From Priapulus caudatus (Eukaryota), in assembly GCF_000485595.1 (NCBI RefSeq), contig NW_014577089.1, positions 450,868-506,549 of the forward strand: 55,682 nucleotides of DNA. Reading direction: 5' to 3'. The position numbers and the translations under genes are program-made. This document shows, piece by piece, positions 46,001-55,682 of this stretch (its first letter is position 1; every line of letters starts with the position of its first letter). The notes beneath the pieces were generated by a model that was not told where the DNA came from, searched no databases, and saw only the letters and a program-made list of their open reading frames with translations.

Positions 46001-48536
46001 TTCTATCACACCCAAGGTGAGCTACAGTGTCATTGACACTTTCATTAATAGTAGTGTTGTATATGTTTTGTTCTTGGTATCTCTCAAGCAATAACAGAGC
46101 TTACCAGTGCTCACTGGACACGTGTGCGAGAAGCTTCTATACCTTGCAGCGCCTTAAGGTGCATATGCAGGTGCACACGGGAGAACGGCCTTTCTCATGC
46201 ACACACAAGGGCTGTGGCAAGCAATTTTCCACCCAGGGTAACCTGCAGAATCACCTGAGAACACATTCTGGTCAGTGAATTCTTGTGCGCACCTATATCT
46301 ATGAATGCATGCATATTGAATATGTGCAATATTTCAATGTAATTATGATCATGGTAATAGATAAAGATAAAGGATGTGTGTTGAAAACGTATGGCAGTGT
46401 AGCATGTTATGAGTTATTGGAAGGCATTACATTGCTGCAGGTGGGAGAAAAATCTCATATAAAATTTATTATTAAATATGTACAGATAAATCCTTCAAAT
46501 TCGAACGAAAAGATTTGTATATGTAAAATTCATAAAAAAACCATGCAGTAAGTCCACTGTATAATATTTGATGAATGCGGCAATTAACGTAATTGCCATG
46601 AAATGGTGGTTTCCATGTAGTCTGTAAATATTTAGTCGTTATCATCTGGGCAGGTTGTCGAGGAGCCTAGAGGCCTCTATAACAAATGGAAATAAAGCCA
46701 TATCTGTTGTGCTATATAAGGTTTATATGAAAACCAATAGAGACGAATTATAACATGTATTAATGAAACATTTGTGTTTGTCTTATTGTAGGAGAAAAGC
46801 CATTTGCCTGTTCACAGGAGGGCTGTAGTATGAGCTTTGCTGAGCGTTCTAGTCTAAGAAAGCACATGCTCGTTCATACTGGTGAGTACTTATTTACTGC
46901 AATATTTATGTAATTGTCGCAATGAACTATTGATTCCAGGAAAAAAATCACAGATGGTGTCATGTTGAGTTCCTTGAGTCTTCGTATGACAGGTTGCTTG
47001 CTGTTGTTTTAGTGAAGGCTGGAATCTTGGTGACCTTTGATGCCGATAGCACGATTGACGAGTGCTATTTTATTAAACTTTTACTGATCCGTTTAGTTGC
47101 CTGTATAGCATAACGGTGTCCAGCGGTCATCTTACGTGAGGCTCTCCCATATAGGTGAGAAGCCGTACGTGTGTGATTTGTGCGGCAAACACTTCTCACA
47201 GAGTGGAAGTCGCAACCAGCACATGAAGCGTTGCGTCGGGCACGTATCCCCGCGCTTTGCCGCAGCGAAGACTGGCGCCAACAAGCGCAGGCAGGCAGAC
47301 GATGGTAGCGCCACCATGGTTCCAACGTTTTTCGCTCTGCCGCTGGCGGATTCCACTCGGATTCTCATTGTACAGCAAGCTGAGAACGATGTCTTCCACG
47401 TCCAGGGTGAGCGAGTGATGCTGCTCGATGTGACGGGGTTGGCAACGATTTACCAATACATTGATCATGATTATGATACAAACCTTGATGATACACGTTA
47501 CATATGTCAATGTTCGTGTGTGCGTGCGTGCGTGCATGCGTGTGCATGTACGCGTGTGTGCGGGTGGGGGTGGTAGGATGGGCGCATATATGAATGCATG
47601 CATGGGCACATGTGCATACGCACACGTGTGCGTGCGTGCGTATGTAGTTTAGTAATGACACTAATGTGGTATCATCTTGTAACAAAAGAAACATTACACA
47701 ATGCAGTTTTGCACAATTAGAGATTCCTGCATTCATTCCATGGTACAGGTGACACTAGCATGATTCTCATGATTGGTCTAGTATTTTCTTGTATTATTGT
47801 CTTACATTATTCATAGTTTGGTTTTCTATAATGTACACATAAGTTTAATCTAGCATTTTATCTGTTAATATTTCTCTTAAACGTTTCTATTGAAACTATC
47901 ATGATATATCGTTGGTACTTCATAACACACTTATAGCTTAGCTCAGTAACGTGGCAGGACCAAATGGTTTGGTTTATTGAATCAAGCAAACACAGCTGAT
48001 TATTAGGTACGCTGTATATTTCGCAGTGGTTTAATTTTCGCGAATTTCGCAAACGCGTTCCCGACCGCGAACATAACAACACGTGAATAATTCATACCAA
48101 ATAATACCGAATAATTCATAATTCACCGACCGCGAAATTAACCACTCGTGAAATTGTCCGTCAAGTCTGAATTCGCAAAAATATCTGTACTCGAAAAATA
48201 TGGCGTATACAGTAGTACATTCTTTAAAATTACATGCATAACGTTACTTAATTTGACTGACAATCAGACATGGCTTTCGATGGTTATCGTTGTTCGCTTT
48301 CCAGTTTGTGATCTTGTTGATAAGTAATGTGTCATATAAGCTATCTTCATCACACCCCATCAACCTAGACCCTTTTTTTACCTTAGACCTCACCACCGGT
48401 ACAAGAGAGTCGGTCATTCTGACAGGCAACACTGAGCCTGTGTCGTCACCTGTGTCAGAGCCACTGGTACACACCCCACCACACCCGTGCCCTCACCACA
48501 TACTGGGAGCTGAAGGTAAAATAACAATATTACAAC

Positions 48537-48568
<32 letters not shown>

Positions 48569-49331
48569 TTAGCTGAGGTGTAAGAACAACAATATACAGC
48601 AGGCACATAGCAGTGCATGTTTAGCGCAGCGTGGGCCAGCACACTTTAGCATGGTATGGCAGTGGAGTATGACAATACAGCACAGCAGAGGCAGTGCACA
48701 ATATGGGCATCATAGTACCAGGAGTAAAATATTTTATCATAAGTTTTTGTAATTAGTAGTACTATACGTCATTATTTTGCTCCTGATAGTACAATACTAC
48801 ACTGTTTGTCTGCCACTGTTTGTCTGCCAATGTTTGTCTGCCACTGTTAAGTCATTGTAAGTGGTTATTGGTATAATCTCAAAATTGTTTCCATTTTTCA
48901 AACTTTCTTACGTACTGGCTTTTCCAGAAGTGTTGTTGCCAGCAGCAGAGAGCATCGTTGATGATGTGACAGACACACAGCTGGCATTATCACAGCAATC
49001 CTACTCGAACGTTGTCGTTGTAACGGAGCCCCACCTGGTGGCGATGGACGCAGAATACGGACACCAGCCGACGTCAGACATGGAATACCAGCAGCACGAG
49101 ATTCTCGATACAGGTCGTGAGGAAATTCTCATTGCTCAAGACGTGCCCATCATGCAGACAGACGACAGCGAGTCTATAGCTGATGCCACGATACCAAAGG
49201 ATCACGGCATAGCTGAGCACGACGGGATGCCCACCAGTCACGTTATGGTAGCAGACGACAACGTATGCACTAGTGACGACGGCTTCTTGAATTACGAGCC
49301 ACTGATGGCGACAACGAACACGAATCTTTAG
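43041..49331 (+). CDS. ZNF410: Zinc finger protein 410 orthologue (5 fingers), spliced, ~442 aa; N-terminal exons uncertain
   Basis: Exons 43041-43125 (accATGg, tentative), 43998-44184, 46089-46270, 46792-46881, 47155-47406, 48387-48515 and 48928-49331 are phase-consistent. Helices WPAHRKYH, YTLQRLKVHM, TQGNLQNH, ERSSLRKH and QSGSRNQH correspond finger by finger to human ZNF410 as recalled (WPAHFKYH, YVLQRLKVHM, TAGNLKNH, EYSSLRKH, QSGSRNVH). Confidence 0.88.
43998..44184 (+). CDS. ZNF410: ZNF410 exon with finger 1
   Basis: MECPMEGCTKTFTWPAHRKYHLLTH; ttgcag| acceptor and |gtacta donor. Confidence 0.9.
44190..44499 (-). mobile_element. HINE/Helentron-like element inserted just after a ZNF410 donor site
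   Basis: Minus strand: TTTACCTCCGCCCAACGGAGTTGGAGGAGGTTATGTTTTC ... GGCGAAGGTATGCACTCCGTGAGTGCACTCTGTCTAGTT. Confidence 0.75.
45064..46042 (+). mobile_element. Full-length HINE/Helentron-like element, family A
   Basis: 5' TTTTTAGCTCACCTTG hairpin, (GTCC)n, ~310-bp internal tandem unit (1.5 copies), and 3' sub-TIR CAAGGTGAGCTA + palindrome AGTGTCA-T-TGACACT. The same 3' end occurs inverted at ~2888-2912. Confidence 0.82.
46089..46270 (+). CDS. ZNF410: ZNF410 exon with fingers 2-3
   Basis: YQCSLDTCARSFYTLQRLKVHMQVHTGERPFSCTHKGCGKQFSTQGNLQNHLRTHS. Confidence 0.93.
46792..46881 (+). CDS. ZNF410: ZNF410 exon with finger 4
   Basis: GEKPFACSQEGCSMSFAERSSLRKHMLVHT. Confidence 0.93.
47155..47406 (+). 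CDS. ZNF410: ZNF410 exon with finger 5 (C2HC)
   Basis: GEKPYVCDLCGKHFSQSGSRNQHMKRC...; |gtgagc donor. Confidence 0.9.
48008..48213. mobile_element. Degenerate small MITE
   Basis: TACGCTGTATAT...GGCGTATACAGTA ends; internal inverted GTGGTTTAATTTTCGCG / CGCGAAATTAACCAC. Confidence 0.45.
48387..48515 (+). CDS. ZNF410: ZNF410 C-terminal exon
   Basis: Polypyrimidine tract + ttag| acceptor, open phase 1/1, |gtaaaa donor. Confidence 0.65.
48928..49331 (+). CDS. ZNF410: ZNF410 last exon (acidic tail)
   Basis: tttccag| acceptor in phase; acidic EVLLPAAESIVDD...NTNL*. Confidence 0.75.
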
Positions 49332-49949
49332 CGAGTCGTGACAATAGGAATGAAAGGAGTATGAAAAGAGATAGAACAATTGCGGAAGCAAACCACTTGC
49401 TGTGTTACATGTTTAATACAACTGTTTCAGGCAAGATGCTAATGCTCGAAATTAAAAAGGAGAAACTTCGGACGAAAGTATTGTGAATAATTATACATAT
49501 TAGAGTTTATTGGAGTGAACAGATTAAATACTATGGTTTCATCATGAAATGTAAAGAAGTTTACGTTATTAAAATTATTTATTATTTCTAAAAAAGGAAA
49601 CATGGTAAATGAGGAATAATTTGGTGGTAGAATTATGCTCAAGACTGGGTAAACACTGTACTCGCAACAATCCATTGGTATGTGGAATATAATTACCTGA
49701 AATATTGGTTTATATGCACAAAAGCAATTAGGAATGTGTGTATTTCAGACATGTGGATCCATTGTGAGGGTGCCATTTATCAGCCAATGGGAAGACAAAA
49801 AATGACAAAAAACGTCAGCACCTATTACCCCATGTATATCCTGCATATATAGATAATCATCCACAGGGCATGATATTCCTACACTTTTATGCACACATGG
49901 TACTATAACTAAATCCTTGACATAGAATTGATCATCATTAGCTACTGTC

Positions 49950-49952
<3 letters not shown>

Positions 49953-50011
<59 letters not shown>
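49953..50011. repeat. (AT)n microsatellite
   Basis: Perfect AT run. Confidence 0.95.
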
Positions 50012-50015
<4 letters not shown>

Positions 50016-50374
50016 GTATTTACATCTCCATATATACATATTATGTCATAACATATTCCAATGTCCCTGTATCTGAATGGATCAATGACATACACTTCTC
50101 ATATTATCCCAAGTCAGTGGACAGAGAAGATTAATTTTATATGTTTTTACTCAATATCTGAATGACATTACCTGACGAAGGAAAATATAGTGTATGGCAC
50201 ACAATTACAGTATATATATACACTATACTTTGCACTAACACCTGGCGTGGGTAGCACTTCAGCAATACACTCCTATTACTGATATCAGTAGTGAATAAAA
50301 TCAATCACTCCTGATGACATTATTGCATAGCTATCCAGACTCATTTAGTGAAGTTCACACATCGCCTGACCGAT

Positions 50375-51404
50375 TCAGCAGTTACAGTATGCAGTATCGG
50401 TTCTATATTCCCATGCATTGCCCCAAAACCCGGCACACAGGAAGCCTCCGGGTCCCCTGGCCGCCGTCTCCGGTCCCGTGACGACAAAGTCCGGCACCTG
50501 GTTGCTGAACGGCGACCTGGCCATCGGCGGAATGGTCGGCATCGCCAGCTTGACAACGTCCTCTAGTCCCGCGGGAGAGTTCCCCGCGAGCACGAGCGCG
50601 AGCCCGTGCCTCCCGCCTGGCGCCAGCGTCAGGACGCCCGTTCTCGCCGCGTCAAAGCTGCATGCGGCGAGCCGGATCGATCCCGGCGCGACGACGAGCT
50701 GCGGGAGCGCGGCGAGCAGCCTCGCGGCGTGCGCGTTCTCGTGCGGGCCGCCAACGACGACGAGGTTCGCGTCGTCCGCGTCCACCGAGGAGAGGTCGAC
50801 GTCTCGCACGACCACGGCGACGCCGTCCGACGTCATGTAGAAGAGATTGGCGAGCAGGACGGCGTACCGCAGCAGGAGGGGGCCACTCGTGCCCCCGGTT
50901 CCCGCAACGATGATGAACCGCTTCTCGGCTACCCGCCGCGCTGGTCCGTACTGCTGCCACTCCCGATTTACAGTCGTCAGTTTACCGCTAGTGGGCGTGT
51001 TAGCGGCGTCGGTGTCAGATTCGGCTGCATTCTCACTAGAAGGCTCTGATGTTGTACCACCAGGTGGGATTTCGTAGATGCAGGATTCCCAGGTATGATC
51101 CTGCCCATGCTGATAGCATATGTCTTCATCGTCTGCATCGACGACATCAAGCCTGATGCCGTCTAGATAGAGTTTCTCTATGCCATCCCACATAGGACGG
51201 GTGCCACGCTCGATGTGGAATTTCGCCACATTTATTGTAGTAATATTGACCATTTTGCCATGCACTGCCACGCGCAGTTTGCTAGTCCTCATGGGGGTTT
51301 CTTGTTGAATGATCTTGACACCTTCCATGCTTTCAAAATCTGCTGGATTGGTGACTGTATACGTGAACTCGTACCTCCTCCCCATGTTGGCTGCTTCAGT
51401 GTAC
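50375..51404 (-). CDS. Hydrolase last exon
   Basis: EFTYTVTNPA...QYGPARRV...NLVVVGGPHEN...QVPDFVV...GFLCAGFWGNAW...CNC*. Confidence 0.88.
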
Positions 51405-54319
51405 CTAAGTTGGAGAATGACAATTTTAACACTTCTCTCCTACTTATGGTAATAATGTAGTAAGGTAGCATAGCTATCACAAATGTTACGAACGAGGACC
51501 GATCTTACACTACTGCGGCACTTGCCTGTTACTTGAAGGTTCACTGCAAGCTGCATCCGTGCAGCTCTGCTGCGGATCAGTCATCATCACTGAGCTCATG
51601 AACTGACGAAGCTGTGCGTCGTTCACGACTCCACCATCGTTCTCCGCCCTGAACAATGCGATAACACTTAACAATCGAGATTGTAGTATTTACCCCTCAG
51701 TAAAAATAGAAGCTAGATAGATTTAATCAAAAGTCGTTACGCCTGGCAGTTTTCCGAACGCGTGCATTCCAGGACCCATCGTTAATTCATGCCATTCTTA
51801 CCAAGTATCCCACCACCAGTGTTCCTTCCCGGGAAGCTCTACATAAGTGACATTAGTTCCTTGCTCCTTCAGCACCCTGTACATCCTCCTGCTGTAGTAC
51901 GGATGCACGGTCCTATCGTTTCCACCTGCAACACGAACGCAAATGTGATTTCACTACAAAGGCAGAGTCTTCAACGAAGAAATGTTGTTTTGCAAAGGTT
52001 CCACCAACAATGTCCCTCAATTACCCGTAGCGACTTGTGAGCACCCTACACAATGTATACATGCTGCCACCTGTGAAGACTGATCACTTAAAGTTTCATC
52101 ATTCTGCATCTATCTGTTCATTATCATCACATCTACTTGACCGCAACTGTTTCACTAAGTAACTGTGAAAGATCATTAACACCACGTAGGGGGCGCTGAT
52201 ATCTAACAACATCAACCGATGCGAGCAATCAAGCAGTTCTGGTTCAGCGGACATGCGACATCCTCCGTGTTTATCAGGCGCAGCACGGCCTGCACTCACC
52301 GACGCGTATCATCACGGGTTTGTGACGGATGTTGCCGGCATGGCGCTCGGCGTCACACGTCGTCACGCAGCTCTCGAGGATCGCCTTCAGGAATGGATCG
52401 ACGTCGGCCGCGGCGACGTCGTGACGCATGAACAGGTTGCTGTCCCCGTAGTCCTCCTTCCGGATCCAGCCTGTGGGAAGACCGGGCACCAGGATCAAGA
52501 GCCATCCATCTCTCTATCTCCTCATCTACCTGATCTTCGGCATTATCTAATCTAATCGTAATAAATAAACTAAGATCTGACCGTAATCTCTCACCTGCCA
52601 AGGAGACGACCGCCAGCGCCCTGTCTGTGTAATGTGTTGCCACCTGCCACGCCCCATGCCCGCCCATCGAATGCCCTGCAAACACAACTCGATGAGCGCT
52701 CGCCTTCTGCTCAATCCACGCGTGTCGCGCCGTGAGGTCGGCGAGCGCGCTTAACGCCGTCACGGCGGTCAGCATGCCGGGCCCTTCCCAGTTGTGCGCG
52801 CCGTGCCGCGTCGGCGCCAGCACCCAGCCGCGCTCGACGCCAAACTCGTAGCGGCCGCCGACGCCACGCTTGTGTGCGTCGGCCTGGTCGCGCGCGCTCA
52901 CGGACGTGCCGTGCAGCGTGAGCAGCGTCGGGCACGCCGCGATGCCGCAGTCAGCGAGCGGGGCGACGGCCGCCGCGTGCTGCGTCGAGCCGTCGTGGTC
53001 CGCGAACGTGAACACGAACGACTGGGAGCGCGCGCGGCACCGCAGCGTCGCTCGGCAGGTGGCGCCGCCGAGGTTGGTCGCGACGGCGAGCGTGAGCGTG
53101 ACGTCGGCGCACCGTGCGCCGCGCGGCGCCGCGGAGGTTCTCGCGACGCGCGCGCTGACGAGCCGGTGCTGGCCGGGCGCGACGCGCAGATCCCCGCGGA
53201 AACTGCTCACGGCATTCGTGACGAATCCGCTCGTTCCCTCGACCGTGATCGCGACGCCGTCGATCCACTCGGTCGGGTGAAGGTTGCGCACGGGCACGAC
53301 GATGTACTCGCTCACCAGCACGCCGTCGTACAGGTCGGGCGCGAACGGCGGGTCAAGCGCCCGCACGAATCCTCGGTCGCGAGTCTCGACGCCGCAGCGG
53401 AAGGCGAGGTGCGGGTTCGCGCGCAGCTTCGCGTAGACAGTGTGCAGGCCGGCGTCGAGGCGCGCGGGGAACCACAGGTGCGCGCAGCGGTACACGTCAC
53501 CGACGTGCAGCGCGTCGTCCACGTAGAAGTAGGAGACGCCGAGGCACTGCACGACGAACGCTCCCGGCCTGCCGACGACGAAGCTGCCGACGGCCCAGCC
53601 CTGCCACTCCGTCACGCCCATGGACTGTAGCGAGGAGACAAGCTCGTTCCAGTTCTCGCTCAGGTCGACGTTCAACCAGCCTCCGCTCGCTCGCATCGCA
53701 CTCCAGGCGACCTCACCTGCCACGGCCAACTCCGAGAAGTACTTGACGCTCGAGTTGAATCTGTCGCGGCCGGCCGTGTGAACACTGCCGAATCGTTCCA
53801 CCGGATCGCCATCGGTCTCTGCCTTGCCGATCTGGAATGGTCCGAGGAACATCCAACGGCCGAACGCGACCTTCTGTGCCGACACCAGCGGAATTTCCTT
53901 GATGAGACGAGATAGATCATCCGAGTCATCATCGTGACCCAATTCCCTGAGTACGTGAGCTAGTAAGGCGAGTGAGTTTACTGACGGAGAAGAAGAGGAT
54001 CCTTGTAATTCTCCAGTGAGAGAATTCAAGAGGCAGGAACCAGCCTTCTCAAACTGAAAATATTACATATCTTTAGCCACGTGCATGCTCTAGACAATAA
54101 AAGAACACTAATGCGACACATAGCTCAAAATTATATCTAGTAGCAGAAATAGCAGTGTTGTTATAATGATTTGATATTATACTAGAACGAACTGATTCAT
54201 ACCGCTTGTGAAACGATAAGCTGAATAACTTTATCTTGATCAGCATTCCCATCTCTAGTGCAGAGATGTGGTGGAAAGAGTTGGGTATGATGTTGAAGCG
54301 TTCCTAACAGTTTCTCGGT
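50375..54319 (-). CDS. Uncharacterised alpha/beta-hydrolase (peptidase S9/esterase-like), >=1007 aa, 5' end not resolved
   Basis: Exons 54319-54203, 54053-52595, 52470-52300, 51925-51802, 51648-51526 and 51404-50375 are in phase. Oxyanion-region LLTLHGT, nucleophile elbow GHSMGGHG, Asp in GGNDRTVHP and His in PGKEHWWW. Confidence 0.85.
51526..51648 (-). CDS. Hydrolase exon (probable GC donor)
   Basis: AENDGGVVNDAQLRQFMSS...; ends AG|GCAAGT. Confidence 0.75.
51802..51925 (-). CDS. Hydrolase exon with catalytic Asp and His
   Basis: GNDRTVHPYYSRRMYRVLKEQGTNVTYVELPGKEHWWWDT. Confidence 0.88.
52300..52470 (-). CDS. Hydrolase exon
   Basis: GWIRKEDYGDSNLFMRHD...NIRHKPVMIRVG; cacag| acceptor and |gtgagt donor. 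Confidence 0.87.
52595..54053 (-). CDS. Hydrolase large exon (N-terminal beta-rich region and catalytic Ser)
   Basis: WMFLGPFQIGKAETDGDP...EWQGWAVG...LTLHGTSV...HNWEGPG...VVFAGHSMGGHGAWQVATHYTD. Confidence 0.9.
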
Positions 54320-55143
54320 CTGAAACTAAACACCAGCTGGTAAGCAATACTGCATGCATACATGCACACATGGCGCATGAGTATATTAGGGTGAAAGGAG
54401 GGTTGAACTGGTCGACGGGTTTTAGATTATTCAGGAGGATTGAGGTAAAGTAAGGAAGGTGGATGAGCTAAGAGTAAGAAAAAGAGAAAATGGTGCACGT
54501 GGAATTCTATCTTGAAGCTTTTGGATTCTTAGAATTATTTGTGCAGGTGAAATTGTATCCTAACATTTTTTGGTCCTACGGGCCTATACCTCTACGCAGA
54601 CAAAAACGGCCATTCACACGTGGATAAGGTCAAAGTTGAGAAGAAGAATCGAAGTAACCGAAGATGAGAGGACAACCTGCACACATGTACAAACGCACTC
54701 CACCTCTCCCATTTCCTATCTTTCGATAAATCTCTCCGTTCTGCTTTCAATTAACGGTCTGGTCCCTTCAGTGTAAATCCTGGATGCTAATCTAGGATTG
54801 GGCCCCTTCCTCAGACACTACATTCCTCCTTCTCAACCTCATCCTCTTGAACTCTTCCACTACAAATCCTATACCTCCGCCTGCTACAGCTAGGTGCACT
54901 TGCCCTTTCTTCGTGTCCCTGTTCACCCCTCTAGCCCTGCCTCCAGCGTTGCTAAGGCTGCTACAGTACGTACAGATATCACTGATCTACCTTCATATGA
55001 ATACTTCTATTAAAGTTTGTATTGATTTTATTTTATTTTATTTATTTCGATAATTACTAAAGCATGTATTTTCATCCGGACCATGCAGACATAACAAATC
55101 ATGATTCTTCAGGCTCAGAATTTACTTGATTCCTGGCCACTAG

Positions 55144-55356
55144 GGCTGAGAGGGTCTATGTCCCTCAGGGTACTGCCGGAACGTACCCTGGTACTATCTA
55201 ATATGCCGGACCGTACCTCGCCTACTCCACTAACGAGTCTAGGGAGTCGCCTACGCCTACTCCCTAACCCTAACACTAACCCTAAGGCTAACCATATCAA
55301 ATAGTTACCAGGGTACGTTCCGGTAGTACCCTGGAGGACATAGACCCTATGAGCGC
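55144..55356. mobile_element. Complete MITE with TIRs and internal degenerate TAACCC repeats
   Basis: AGGGTCTATGTCCCTCAGGGTACTGCCGGAACGTACCCTGGTA ... TACCAGGGTACGTTCCGGTAGTACCCTGGAGGACATAGACCCT; core CCCTAACCCTAACACTAACCCTAA. Confidence 0.8.
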
Positions 55357-55682
55357 CACTAGGAGTTGGAGTACTGATATTTATAATTAACCAATCATCA
55401 ATATGTCAATGAAACTGTTTGTCAAGTGCCTGTAAGCCTTGCTAAGAGCTACAAAGTGCAATGTATTACTATATTAAACGAGGAGTACGTGATGATGATG
55501 TCATCATAGTCATGTATCTCTCAGCCTCAGCCTCACTCTCAGGCTCATCATGTAAGTCAGTTGTTGTTGTTGTTATTCGTTTATCCTCCTACTTCACGAG
55601 GTCATGGTCACAATGTAAACCCTCTGTATCGTTAGCTACCGGTGTTTCCTCATAGTAATAGGTTGTTGTACTTTTTTAAAAA

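Noticed and set aside
50375..54053. GC-rich hydrolase ORFs as bacterial contamination
   Set aside because: The catalytic triad is split by phase-consistent spliceosomal introns, and the exons grade into AT-rich host-like introns.
54390..55682. 5' exons or signal peptide of the hydrolase, or a LINE fragment
   Set aside because: Candidate exons (e.g. ~55448-55392) are out of phase with the 54319 exon or contain stops; no reverse-transcriptase or endonuclease motif was recognised.

Overview
This is AT-rich, intron-containing animal (invertebrate-like) genomic DNA with two assembly gaps (2059-2677, 22151-22539). It has no prokaryotic operons, CRISPR arrays or recognisable RNA genes. Manual splice-site and phase reconstruction gives five protein-coding genes. 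(1) DLAT/PDH-E2 on +, 11 exons, 286-12367, ~512 aa, single lipoyl domain. (2) A KIAA2026/BRD10 bromodomain orthologue on -, 12 visible exons, 31996-15258, with a 4.1-kb terminal exon; one conserved exon is probably hidden in a gap. (3) An intronless, GC-rich type II membrane GT-A glycosyltransferase on -, 38982-37957. Next to it is a degenerate tandem copy that kept both flanks and the last 8 codons but lost the coding body. (4) A ZNF410 orthologue on +, ~43041-49331, whose fifth finger is C2HC. (5) A 5'-incomplete ~1000-aa alpha/beta-hydrolase on -, 54319-50375, with a Ser-Asp-His triad and a probable GC-AG intron. Introns and intergenic DNA are packed with non-autonomous DNA transposons (HINE/Helentron-like, Tc1/mariner-, Harbinger- and hAT-like MITEs), including a cluster of hairpins and inverted-repeat elements with (TAACCC)n cores at the ZNF410 5' end. 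Family names come from recalled motifs; no database searches were run.
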